From: a virus
Lineage: Duplodnaviria > Caudoviricetes
Direction: 5' to 3' (one strand)
IMG/VR virus record: IMGVR_UViG_3300033149_002886
Coordinates: 1 to 29,867 of that record
Length of the DNA: 29,867 bases
Notes under the pieces: generated by a model
Told to the model about the DNA's origin: nothing
The model's database searches: none
The model's input: only the letters and a program-made list of their open reading frames with translations
In this document: one piece after another, positions 1 to 8,212 of the stretch
How positions within the stretch are numbered: the stretch's first letter is position 1
How the letters are laid out: every line of letters begins with the position of its first letter
Translations under genes and position numbers: made by a program

Positions 1-113
1 TTAAGTGACCCTTCCAACTCTTGCAAGTCACCCATTTCCTTACGAGCTCTATCTCCGATCTTGATAGATGAGATAGGCACCATTGCTACCTTTCCTACGT
101 TGATTTTAGACAT
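1..113 (-). CDS. ParB/Srx N-terminal domain protein (5' part only, runs off the window)
   Basis: Manual translation from ATG 113: MSKINVGKVAMVPISSIKIGDRARKEMGDLQELEGSL. Resembles the ParB-N start pattern (I..I.I..R.R...GD...L..S). GGAG RBS upstream. Not in the ORF track. Confidence 0.65.
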   Translation of the reverse strand, partial: MSKINVGKVAMVPISSIKIGDRARKEMGDLQELEGSL

Positions 114-115
114 AT

Positions 116-325
116 TTACTCTCCTATCATTTTAAGTAATTTCTTAGCCTGCTCAGATGTCAGGTTAGGTATAGCTTTTGACTTAGCTTTAGATTTGGCT
201 AGTTTCTTCTTCGGCTTCTTGATAGGAGTTCTTCTACTCAAACGTATTTGTCTGAGGAGTTCTATTGCTTCATCGCTTGACATGTCTGAGATAGATTTGT
301 AGTTGAGATCTTCTATGGTGGTCAT
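116..325 (-). CDS. small basic hypothetical protein
   Basis: ORF track 116..346. The likely start is MTTIEDL at 325, after GGAGG. Lys-rich. Confidence 0.65.
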   Translation of the reverse strand: MTTIEDLNYKSISDMSSDEAIELLRQIRLSRRTPIKKPKKKLAKSKAKSKAIPNLTSEQAKKLLKMIGE

Positions 326-497
326 TTGCTCGCCTCCAAGGTTCAAAATATCTATATGCTCTGACCGCAGAATTTACACCCTTTAGCGGGCATCCTGCAC
401 AGAACCAATGAAAGGTTCTTATATACCTGAAATTCCATAATGCTTTGATGTGCCTTCTCCATAGAGGGCACATCTTGTATATTTTCCATAATTTCAC
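270..497 (-). CDS. hypothetical protein (doubtful)
   Basis: Start is coupled to the stop of 494..736, but the 3' end overlaps the next gene by about 55 nt. Confidence 0.3.
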   Translation of the reverse strand: MKLWKIYKMCPLWRRHIKALWNFRYIRTFHWFCAGCPLKGVNSAVRAYRYFEPWRRANDHHRRSQLQIYLRHVKR

Positions 498-736
498 TTT
501 TTGGCCATCCTTTCTGCCTTAGCAAGTGAAGGTATTATCTTGCGTAGCTCAGTATTTTTGTCTAGTAGGACTGCTACGACTATGTGACCATGTTCTTCGA
601 TCATGTCCATTACTTCGTCTAGGATAGGAGAGAATATGGCCTTGCGCAGTCCATATTGTTCGAAGATCCTGAGAGCTCTTTTCTGTTGCTCTTCAGAGAT
701 TTCGAATGAGAAGCGGGGTTTGTAGTCAGTGTTCAT
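494..736 (-). CDS. hypothetical protein, possible small DNA-binding protein
   Basis: 80 aa, GGAGG RBS, directly downstream of palindrome copy 747-771. N-terminal strand-helix-helix pattern (RFSFEISEEQ...). Confidence 0.7.
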   Translation of the reverse strand: MNTDYKPRFSFEISEEQQKRALRIFEQYGLRKAIFSPILDEVMDMIEEHGHIVVAVLLDKNTELRKIIPSLAKAERMAKK

Positions 737-746
737 AGTATCCTCC

Positions 747-771
747 AGATGATTAAATTATTTAATTATCT
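747..771. repeat. 25-bp palindromic site, copy 1 (inverted orientation)
   Basis: AGATGATTAAATTATTTAATTATCT. Its reverse complement is identical to copy 10868. Contains the stop codon of the 766..945 ORF. Confidence 0.95.
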
Positions 772-945
772 TATGAGAAGGTACAGTGCCCAAGAGGAAA
801 ATGCTAAATCTACCACTGCCCCCAAAACTTCCTCCCAGGCCTCTCGTGAGATGCTCCTAGGATATTTGAAGAATGCCAGGGTGTACATCCTCGAGAAAAA
901 TTCAAAGAGGAACAAACCTAACATAACACATATGAACATTCTCAT
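766..945 (-). CDS. small membrane protein
   Basis: Two hydrophobic stretches. GGAGG precedes ATG 945. Confidence 0.55.
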   Translation of the reverse strand: MRMFICVMLGLFLFEFFSRMYTLAFFKYPRSISREAWEEVLGAVVDLAFSSWALYLLIR

Positions 946-947
946 AA

Positions 948-2159
948 CTACCTCCAATTAACGGTGGGCATTATTATAGATTTTATTACTCTATCTCGAT
1001 AAGGGAGGAGGGTTTTTAGCAGGTTGAATATTTCTTGTTCAATATCTTCAGTTGGTCTATAGCCTAGGTCGAAGAGCTTCTTGTGCTCAGGTAAATAGAC
1101 ATGAGACTCTGCCTCGTTCCTAGGGTTATCTAAGTGACTTATACCAGCATGAAGGTTCAGTTTTCGTGCTGCCCTGCAAACCATGTCTGCGAGATTGTTT
1201 ATTTGAAAGGGCATGTAGAATTGGTTGAAGGTTCTGTATTCACCTGCAGATGGAGGATTTTCAATAGCGATAGTGAGACACTGGATTGAATCTTTGATGA
1301 AGAGGAATCCCCTGGTCTGTCCTCCGCTCCCATAGACAGTGAGAGGATGATCTATTATGGCTTGTGCACAGAACCTGTTAATGACTGTTCCGAAGTGCTG
1401 ATCGTAGTCGAATCTGGTCAGCTCGTCTTCGTTGTCAGTACCATAACCATAATCAAGTCCAAATACAACTCCCTGCATGATGTCAGTTGAGCGCAGTCCC
1501 CAGTTACGACAAGCGAACTCGATATTGTGAGTATCGTGGACTTTTGAAAGGTGATACCAGGAGCCAGCAGTGCGAGGGAAAAGGAGACCCTTCATAGGAC
1601 AAGAATGAGTTGTGGTGTGGGGAGGATAGTTCCTTGTATCAACGAGAGGATAGCCACCTATACATTCATCGGGGATTCTTCCTTCAGGAATCTCACAGTC
1701 GGGAGTGCCGTACTCACCCATAGTGCCTATTTTAACTAGATGAGCATCTGGGCAATGCTCTTTCATAGCCCAGAGTATGTGGAGAGTGCCGATGACATTT
1801 TCCTGTTGAGTGATAGATGCACAGTGCACATCACTCATGCTCCAGGGAGCACTAGGCATCTCTGCAAGATGTACGATGGTGTCTGGAGCAAAGGATGAGA
1901 TGATAGACGAAATATAGTTAGGTTCATCAGAGCCTAAGTCGACATTCACTTGATCAGTGAAGTTCTTAAAGTTAGATCTGAGATAGGTTTTTCTGTCTAG
2001 TACTGATGTAATTGGAGTCAGAGACTGTCCTCCGATAGCAGCTACTCTACTTCTTCTTGAATAATTATCTATCCCCATTACTTCATGACCTCTGCGCAAG
2101 AGGTGGATGGTGAGTGGATAGCCAAGATATCCGTCATTGCCTAAGATCAAGATTTTCAT
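948..2159 (-). CDS. sqdB: UDP-sulfoquinovose synthase (SqdB/SQD1/Agl3 family, extended SDR)
   Basis: Rossmann motif ILGNDGYLG plus family-specific motifs SAPWSM, NVIGTL, HLVKIGTMGEYGTP, GSWYHLSKVHD, WGLRSTDIMQGVVFG, RFDYD..FGTVINRFC, HPLTVYGSGGQTRGFL and NPRNEAESH. Confidence 0.92.
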   Translation of the reverse strand: MKILILGNDGYLGYPLTIHLLRRGHEVMGIDNYSRRSRVAAIGGQSLTPITSVLDRKTYLRSNFKNFTDQVNVDLGSDEPNYISSIISSFAPDTIVHLAEMPSAPWSMSDVHCASITQQENVIGTLHILWAMKEHCPDAHLVKIGTMGEYGTPDCEIPEGRIPDECIGGYPLVDTRNYPPHTTTHSCPMKGLLFPRTAGSWYHLSKVHDTHNIEFACRNWGLRSTDIMQGVVFGLDYGYGTDNEDELTRFDYDQHFGTVINRFCAQAIIDHPLTVYGSGGQTRGFLFIKDSIQCLTIAIENPPSAGEYRTFNQFYMPFQINNLADMVCRAARKLNLHAGISHLDNPRNEAESHVYLPEHKKLFDLGYRPTEDIEQEIFNLLKTLLPYRDRVIKSIIMPTVNWR

Positions 2160-2800
2160 AGTTCGAACTCCCTAATTTTTATAGATGAGTTAGCATAAAG
2201 GAATTTAGTGAGACTATCGTAGAAGGTTATGCTCTCTACTACTATCTCTATGATTCCAGCATTGATTAGAGTGCCAAAGCAATTCTTGCATGGAATAATG
2301 CTGTTGAGGTAAAGAGTTGTGCCAATAGTAGATGCGCCTATCCGAGCTGCGTTGCTGACAGCGTTTTCCTCAGCGTGTTGAGCGGGGCAGAGCTCAGTGT
2401 GAGTCCCAGATTCGTAGCCTAGAACTCTGCGAGGACACTCGTTGGAGAGGCGAGATAGGTCTACTGGTTTAGGGTGAGAAGCGATCACTTCTGAGAGTGA
2501 TCTGTCCTTTAAGTATCTCTGATGCCCACAATGAGGGATTCCTCGAGGAGGTCCGTTGTAGCCAGTTGAAACGATAGAGTGATCCCTCACAAGGATAGCT
2601 CCTATCTTGCGACTGAGGCAAGGAGACTTAGAGGCCACCGTCCGGCAGATTTCGTGGAAGTATCTGTCCCACTCACTATCAGAAGATCCTTTCGGTGGCC
2701 ATAGTCTCCGTCCACAGTGTTGGCAGTAGAACATATCTGAGGTTGTGGGTATCAGAGCACCAGGTTTCACCTTGGTCGGGTCGCAGTACGGACAAGTCAT
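2156..2800 (-). CDS. dCMP deaminase (ComEB-like) with N-terminal Zn ribbon
   Basis: SPCLSRKIGAILV, STGYNGPPRG, HAEENA and PCKNC Zn motifs. N-terminal CPYC...CQHC. Confidence 0.9.
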   Translation of the reverse strand: MTCPYCDPTKVKPGALIPTTSDMFYCQHCGRRLWPPKGSSDSEWDRYFHEICRTVASKSPCLSRKIGAILVRDHSIVSTGYNGPPRGIPHCGHQRYLKDRSLSEVIASHPKPVDLSRLSNECPRRVLGYESGTHTELCPAQHAEENAVSNAARIGASTIGTTLYLNSIIPCKNCFGTLINAGIIEIVVESITFYDSLTKFLYANSSIKIREFEL

Positions 2801-3111
2801 TATTCAACTCCTAAGTCTGAGAGCATTGCTTCTAAGAGGAAGGTGTAGTTGCGCAGATCAACTATCTTCTCCCTCCACTGTCTCATACTGTAAGCAAGAG
2901 GATCTTTGCACATGTCTGCGATAGAGGTTATGTGTTTAGTAGCCATGCCCATGAGAGCCTCAGTTGGAGTTATGTCCTGAGTACTTGCGGCCCTGTAGAA
3001 TTGCCCTAGACGGTCTTTCCCGTCCGAGTATTCGACTTGTTTTCTTAAGAGCACTCTTTTACTCCTCAAAAAGGCCTTCTCCACTTCAATCATAAATTCT
3101 TCGTTAGTCAT
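2800..3111 (-). CDS. all-helical nucleotide-modification-associated / MazG-like protein (DUF1599-like)
   Basis: K..EY....DRL..F, K..S..D and EKIVDLRNY..LL pattern typical of small phage all-alpha NTP-PPase-like proteins. Lies next to the dCMP deaminase. Confidence 0.6.
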   Translation of the reverse strand: MTNEEFMIEVEKAFLRSKRVLLRKQVEYSDGKDRLGQFYRAASTQDITPTEALMGMATKHITSIADMCKDPLAYSMRQWREKIVDLRNYTFLLEAMLSDLGVE

Positions 3112-3406
3112 TTCCTTTCTCCTTTCTCTTCACATGGTTCTTGATAATACGAGCTGCTAGCACTTCCATTCTCATCCCTTTCTGCTCGGCTTCCTTACGC
3201 AAGAGATCCCTTACGTATTTTGGGATTCTTACTCTGTAGTAAGGATACATAGTAACATTCGTGCGTCTAGGATGTCTCTTTGGTTCCTGCGGAGGAGGCT
3301 CATTTAGCCATCTGCAGTTACCACAGAAATGTGCTGGCAGCTCACGCTTTATGCGGAGACATTCAGCTGCTGATACTTCTCTATTCATAGCTACGCAATG
3401 TCTCAT
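3104..3406 (-). CDS. Arc/ribbon-helix-helix-like DNA-binding protein with N-terminal Cys cluster
   Basis: C-terminal YRVRIPKYVRDLLRKEAEQKGMRMEVLAARII is RHH-like. Four Cys in the N-terminal half. Starts 13 bp from palindrome copy 3419. Confidence 0.6.
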   Translation of the reverse strand: MRHCVAMNREVSAAECLRIKRELPAHFCGNCRWLNEPPPQEPKRHPRRTNVTMYPYYRVRIPKYVRDLLRKEAEQKGMRMEVLAARIIKNHVKRKEKGND

Positions 3407-3418
3407 TGGTGTATTCGT

Positions 3419-3443
3419 AGATAATTAAATAATTTAATTAACT
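3419..3443. repeat. 25-bp palindromic site, copy 2
   Basis: AGATAATTAAATAATTTAATTAACT, identical to copy 21075. Confidence 0.95.
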
Positions 3444-3553
3444 GTGCCACCGGCTCCTGGCTCCTGTTTCAGCTTTCTACACAGTGCTGAGGACGAACTT
3501 AGATTACCGGCTCCCATGCCCCAGATAGTGAGTGCTATCGGCACAGTTAGTTG

Positions 3554-4024
3554 TTAGAATGGAATGTCCTCAGGATCCGACTGTTGATCACCAGCTGTTG
3601 AAGGCCCAGCAATGTATTTCTTCACTCCATTCTTGTCAGGATACTGACCATCTTTGTCCCTCACTACCTTCAAAATCATCCAGCCTTCGAGACCTGGCAA
3701 GTCGTCTTCCCATGAGAAAGGACGAGAATAGTCAATGCCAAAGGCTTCTGCGAATGACTTGAATTGGTGGAGAGAGGCGACATACTGTTTTTCAGTTAGC
3801 TTATCTCTGTCCACGAGGTCCCAGAAGAAGTCAGAGAACATTGGACAGAGAGGTTCATCTGGAACATCGAAGACTACAGAGTACCACTTTGCGTTGTTAG
3901 TGTCGCTTACTCCAGAATTGACAGCTACGATGCGAGCCTTGACCTCTGTATCCTTTGGAAGGATTTGAGGTTCCGGAGCTTCCCTTATTTCTTTTTCTAT
4001 TTCTGAGTAATCGGTTAGAGACAT
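3554..4024 (-). CDS. single-stranded DNA-binding protein (DUF669-like)
   Basis: OB-fold-like strands and acidic C-terminal tail DPEDIPF. Directly downstream of the Sak4-like ATPase. Start MSLTDY follows GGAGG. Confidence 0.7.
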   Translation of the reverse strand: MSLTDYSEIEKEIREAPEPQILPKDTEVKARIVAVNSGVSDTNNAKWYSVVFDVPDEPLCPMFSDFFWDLVDRDKLTEKQYVASLHQFKSFAEAFGIDYSRPFSWEDDLPGLEGWMILKVVRDKDGQYPDKNGVKKYIAGPSTAGDQQSDPEDIPF

Positions 4025-4086
4025 AAAGTTCCTCCTTCTCAAATTAGGTTAAGGGTTTAAAGTGTTGAGCCTCTTGCCATGGGTAA

Positions 4087-4891
4087 TTACTTTTCACCCC
4101 CTTTCTCATCAGAAGCTGCTTGTGAACTTAGCTTAGGCTTATCTTCCCACTGCAGCCCTACCTTTTTCAGCAACTTCTTAATATTAGGTTCTTCAACTGC
4201 ATCTAGTCTCCCGTCTGCCTTCAGACGAGATCTAGCAATGTATTGGCCTAGTGAGTCGATCAGCATTTCTCTGCGAGGTGGATTTCCCTTTCCGATCAGC
4301 ACGTAGAGTTCGTCGAAGAGGAGAGGGACAGTTACTACTGCCTGACCAGTCACGTAGAGTCGATAGCGGATTTCTTCGTACTTGATGCCAGTTGACTTGT
4401 CAATGCTTTTGAGGTCTCTGTTTTCACGCAAGTGGGCAGTTATGATGAAGTCGCAAGGGAGATTCATTAGCCGTCTGATTTGGTTCTCTATTTCTACTTT
4501 CTGAGGATTATAGTCTCTGCGATGCTGAGGTACTCCACCTGCATCTCCCCTCATTCCGAGTTGATAGTTCATGGCTGCTTGTCCGAAGGTTGTTAGAGAG
4601 TCGATGCAATAGGTTCCGAATTGTTCAAAGTAGCCTATGCGGATTCGCAGTTCAGTTGCTTTCTTCCACTCGGCATAGATTCGAGGATTGAAAGGATCCT
4701 CGGTTTCCCATCGAGTGTCGACTACTATATGCCCCGCGTCTATCCACTTCATCAAGCACTTTGTTCCACCAGGATCAAAGCTGTCAATGTGAACTGGGAG
4801 ACGAGCAGTTCGGAGCAGGAAGGTTTTCCCGCTATTCGTTTCGCCAGTGGTTGCGGACTCTTTCTAGTTCCTTCTTTTTATCGTAAGCCAT
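4087..4891 (-). CDS. AAA_24 / Sak4-like P-loop ATPase (frame broken near 4850)
   Basis: The frame of ORF 4087..4755 extends upstream to TTGETNSGKTFLL (Walker A) and VHIDSFDPGG. CIDSLT (Walker B), IITAH and LLFDELY follow. The apparent start MAYDKKKELERVR (ATG 4891) is in another frame. Confidence 0.75.
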
Positions 4892-4907
4892 TACTTATCT
4901 CCTCTCT

Positions 4908-5102
4908 CTAATCTTCTATCCTCACTCTCATAGAGTCCCTCCAAGCTAGCTCATCCTCAAAGGGTTCGATGAGATCCTCGTACCCCTCTTCAAACCAATC
5001 CTGTTCAAGGCACCAGCGGAGGTAGGAGTTAGGGACCTCCGCTAGGAGGCGGCCCTTGAACCTCCCAAAAGGCATTGTTAATTCTCCGTAAGATCCATAC
5101 AT
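4908..5102 (-). CDS. DUF3820 / exonuclease-X C-terminal-like small protein
   Basis: MPFGRFKGRLLAEVPNSYLRW motif. Confidence 0.75.
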   Translation of the reverse strand: MYGSYGELTMPFGRFKGRLLAEVPNSYLRWCLEQDWFEEGYEDLIEPFEDELAWRDSMRVRIED

Positions 5103-5124
5103 TAATTGTTTTCCTTTCTTTCTC

Positions 5125-5322
5125 CTATATTATTTCTAAAGTTATCCGTTCTCCTTTTTGTAAAGAGACAATTTTTATTTCTATAATTCGACAAGACCAG
5201 CAACTATCTACTCCCGGATGGCTCAAATTCATTACCTCAAACTTATCAGTTGAAGCTGTTCTCATTACAATACAGCCTTTATAGCAGCCATCTATGACCT
5301 TGCCAATTTCGCAAGGTTCCAT
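5125..5322 (-). CDS. hypothetical protein (true start possibly ATG 5378 with a 1-nt frame break)
   Basis: ORF track. Upstream MFKLIKSQSEISEGK joins it if one A is added in GGGAAAAG. Confidence 0.5.
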   Translation of the reverse strand: MEPCEIGKVIDGCYKGCIVMRTASTDKFEVMNLSHPGVDSCWSCRIIEIKIVSLQKGERITLEII

Positions 5323-5397
5323 CTCCCTAAACTTTTCCCTTCGGAGATTTCACTTTGAGATTTAATTAGTTTGAACATTTTTATCCCTTTTTGTTTA

Positions 5398-5602
5398 TGT
5401 GGCCGCAGCCAGGATTCGAACCTGGACGGAGCAGTTACGACGATACCCGCTGGTATCCTTCCTCCACGCCGTCGTCCTCACTGCTCCTGCATGTTAGCAG
5501 TGTCTACCAAGGGCAGGTGGCGTCCGAGTCTAAATTGCTAGACTCGGCCCCTATGTACACTCAGGTTTGCACTGTCGCCTGCCACATTCCACCACTGCAG
5601 CC
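5398..5602 (-). ncRNA. tRNA-like structured RNA with expanded D-loop and variable arm
   Basis: Acceptor (G)GCTGCAG/CTGCGGC(C); TG-GTGGAAT...TGGTAGACAC D-arm halves; T-arm CCAGG-TTCGAAT-CCTGG at 5425-5409; internal helices CCGAGTCTA/TAGACTCGG, GGCAGG/CCTGCC, GGAGCAGT/ACTGCTCC and GATACC/GGTATC. Confidence 0.8.
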
Positions 5603-5613
5603 ATAAATTATCT

Positions 5614-5817
5614 CTAAACGTAAGTATCATAAAGGTCTCCATCAGCTGTCATTTGTCTCATGTACCCATCACACCCTGGACAGCGTGCGTATCCTTTGTC
5701 ATCTTTCTTCGCCCTCTCAATTGGTATTTGGTGGTAACACTTTAGGCACCTGAACGTGAGAGGCCTCTCATCCCATTTTATTGTATTAATGTGCGCAGCA
5801 TTATCTGGAATGTTCAT
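5614..5817 (-). CDS. Zn-ribbon protein
   Basis: CLKC...CPGC with GGAG RBS. Confidence 0.65.
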   Translation of the reverse strand: MNIPDNAAHINTIKWDERPLTFRCLKCYHQIPIERAKKDDKGYARCPGCDGYMRQMTADGDLYDTYV

Positions 5818-5849
5818 ATATCTCTCCTTCTAGCCACTGCGGCCATAGG

Positions 5850-6080
5850 TTATCTGTCCAGCGCTTCTTCTCCTTCCACAGTAAAGAGGCAATGTGCCCT
5901 TACTGAAGAAGGGCTGTTGTATCCTAGACTGAGTAATGCTCCGAACAACTGCCATTCTCCAATTCTGAAAGTTAGCTCTCCACAATTTGCGAGAGTCTCC
6001 TCCTCAGATCCCATAAAGACAGAGCAGCGAATGTGATTTCCTGCTCTCTTTAGCTTTAATTTTAGGTGGGTTCTTTTCAT
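5850..6080 (-). CDS. hypothetical protein
   Basis: 76 aa, purine-rich RBS, co-oriented with neighbours. Confidence 0.6.
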   Translation of the reverse strand: MKRTHLKLKLKRAGNHIRCSVFMGSEEETLANCGELTFRIGEWQLFGALLSLGYNSPSSVRAHCLFTVEGEEALDR

Positions 6081-6275
6081 CTCTTCTCTCCTCTCCTCTT
6101 TTACTTTCCCTTGAGTCCACTAAAAGCATAAAGTATCCCTTACTCAAAACAAGAACTATTAAAATCTCCCTAACCAGATATCATAAGAGGGAGCACTCTT
6201 AGATGTGTCATAACCCAAGACCCATAGTATAAAGCTCCCCAAGCTAAAGCAGTCATCGCACCCACTATTAATTTC

Positions 6276-6629
6276 TCAAACAGCATTTCCTTCTTCCCCT
6301 TTTCTTAAGTATCTTTCCCTAAGAGTCTTCCCAACTGCATCAGGGATACTCTTAATGACTGTGTCTTTCCAAGCTATCTGTTCACTCCCTGATATATCGA
6401 TCAGTTGATCAACTATATCTTTCACAGGAATACTATTCCTCAGTGCCAAAGACACCATCCGACCAGTTACCTCTGCCTTAGCCATTATAGAAGCACCTGA
6501 CTTTCCAATGGTGCAGAAGACCTCGAAAGGCTTTCCATCGAGCTCGGAGATGGTGATGTAGAGGCTGCCGAGGCCAGTAGGGATTCTGACAGTGGTAGAT
6601 GTTAAAGTCTCTGGTCTATCTTGTTTCAC
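6276..6629 (-). CDS. stand-alone TSCPD-domain protein (class II RNR C-terminal / NrdJb-like)
   Basis: T.RIPTG.G.LYITI....GKPFEVF..IGKSG, GR.VSLALR and SIPDAVG motifs. Confidence 0.85.
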   Translation of the reverse strand: MKQDRPETLTSTTVRIPTGLGSLYITISELDGKPFEVFCTIGKSGASIMAKAEVTGRMVSLALRNSIPVKDIVDQLIDISGSEQIAWKDTVIKSIPDAVGKTLRERYLRKGEEGNAV

Positions 6630-6677
6630 GGTACTTTGTATTCCTCATGATGTATATCAGTTTGTTCAGATTTAATT

Positions 6678-7031
6678 CTAACCTATGCGTAAGAGTGCAG
6701 GATTAAGGACTCCCCCACTCCTGTTAGCCCTCTCCCCTTCGTTGTTCAACTGAACACTCAGATTATGCCACCTTCTCAATTCTTCTCCATGAATCCAGAC
6801 AGCAGATAGGATTGACACTGCTACTCCATACATAAAGCCAGTTATTCCTTCCTCATCCGCTTTGTGAGAGAGTTCCTCAGCGACATCCTCTAGCTTCTGT
6901 CCCTCGGACAGTGCCTTCTCCATGAAGTTCGCCCATCTTTCAGCATAATCAAAACAAGCCCTTTCATAAGGATCGCTGTTCTTATTGTACCAATCTTTGT
7001 ACTCATCTTCTTTGCCTTTTACAATTTGCAT
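6678..7031 (-). CDS. hypothetical phage protein
   Basis: 117 aa with globular composition, GITGFMYG...GEELRRWHN. Confidence 0.75.
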   Translation of the reverse strand: MQIVKGKEDEYKDWYNKNSDPYERACFDYAERWANFMEKALSEGQKLEDVAEELSHKADEEGITGFMYGVAVSILSAVWIHGEELRRWHNLSVQLNNEGERANRSGGVLNPALLRIG

Positions 7032-7034
7032 AGC

Positions 7035-8027
7035 TTACCTCCATTCTAGTTTTAGTTTATTTCTAGAGTCCTTCTCTCTAGGATCCCAAAATTCTTGCGT
7101 GAATCCGAGAGGTGGTTCCTGACACTGTCGAAGTGGATTAGGCCATAGCATGCAGAATTCGTGGAACTCGCAGCCTCGGTACTTGTTGCAGCCCTGAGGG
7201 TTGATAGGAAAAGCAGTCATTACTGTGTCGCTTTCCTTGCAGTCGCTGAGTCTATCCATGTCTCGTTCGAGATCACAGACAGCATTCACTACAGTCCACA
7301 GCCAGACGTTCATCTGGTCGGAAGTTTTAAATGCTGGTACTCGACGGAGAGTGGAATAGAACCCAGGTGGACGTGCAGATGAGCCCCTTGATAAGTATTC
7401 AAATCCGACTCCGCAGAACTCCACCCCGAGCACCTCATCTACGGGAAAGAGACAATACATGCAGTGGGTGTAAGTGCCGTTTTGGATGCTGAGGTAGAAC
7501 TGCTTCTCCCACATGTTTGAAGTGATGTATTTGCCAGTAGTTTTGTGATCCCAAGAGAATACCTTTCCTGTCTCTTTATTGCGGAGGAGGGAGTCCATTC
7601 TGAAGTAAAGGACTCTTTGTTCATCAATAGGGACGGTTCCGGAGATTTCGGTTAGAGGTTCTCCTGTCTCTGGGTTATGGAGGAGTTCGTTTCTCTCCAA
7701 GTCATCCCAGTAGGTTACTGCGAAGTTAGCGAGGGCTTGCTTCACTGCTTCTGGAACCTTTGGTCTGTGGATAGGGTCAGTGGATTCAGGAAATTGCTCT
7801 CGATAAGGCACTATGAAAGCATTAAAGGCTCCCTCAAGATCATCGTAGCCGTGAATGAGTTGCCATTCTCTTGCCTTATGCCAGCACTCGCCGAAGTAAG
7901 TATCATGGGAAGGGATATCGAGACGCCAGCCTAGAATGTGGGAGTAGAAGTAGCGACGAGGACAGCGGAGATAGTCGTCGAGCTTTGAACTGTCCAGAAT
8001 GCTCCAGCTTGGGTGTTCTTCGATCAT
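7035..8027 (-). CDS. PD-(D/E)XK exonuclease (RecB/Cas4-like)
   Basis: SS.L..Y..CPR.Y, FG..WH, E...D...DHKT, Q...Y and C-terminal C.....C.....C. Confidence 0.85.
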   Translation of the reverse strand: MIEEHPSWSILDSSKLDDYLRCPRRYFYSHILGWRLDIPSHDTYFGECWHKAREWQLIHGYDDLEGAFNAFIVPYREQFPESTDPIHRPKVPEAVKQALANFAVTYWDDLERNELLHNPETGEPLTEISGTVPIDEQRVLYFRMDSLLRNKETGKVFSWDHKTTGKYITSNMWEKQFYLSIQNGTYTHCMYCLFPVDEVLGVEFCGVGFEYLSRGSSARPPGFYSTLRRVPAFKTSDQMNVWLWTVVNAVCDLERDMDRLSDCKESDTVMTAFPINPQGCNKYRGCEFHEFCMLWPNPLRQCQEPPLGFTQEFWDPREKDSRNKLKLEWR

Positions 8028-8212
8028 AGTCCCTCCTTGTCAATAAGTAGGCGATCTAGCAACTCTTGGTTCATGGCTAGGAATTTTAGGAGAATGTCAT
8101 TGCAGGTTTTTCTTCCTACTCCGAGAACATCTCCTGATCCATCACCTCGTTGGATTGTCAGGAGGATGAGGGCCTCTTTTCTCCACTTCTTTAGCTTTCT
8201 CTCACTTATCAT
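8024..8212 (-). CDS. hypothetical protein
   Basis: Translationally coupled to neighbours. Confidence 0.6.
   Translation of the reverse strand: MISERKLKKWRKEALILLTIQRGDGSGDVLGVGRKTCNDILLKFLAMNQELLDRLLIDKEGL

Noticed and set aside
3487-3498. Hammerhead ribozyme core (CTGAGGA...GAA)
   Set aside because: No GAAA or stem II in the required geometry, and it is on the non-transcribed strand.
5398-5602. Ordinary tRNA, tmRNA or group I intron-containing tRNA
   Set aside because: No 5-bp stem/7-nt loop anticodon arm, too short for tmRNA with no G3-U70 pair or tag ORF, and the inserts are far smaller than group I introns.
5391-5606. Plus-strand 71-aa ORF
   Set aside because: Antisense to the tRNA-like RNA and against the local transcription direction.
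7035-8027. Cas4 as evidence of a CRISPR-Cas system
   Set aside because: No cas1/cas2 or array. A PD-(D/E)XK nuclease with Sak4 and SSB is a standard phage recombination module.
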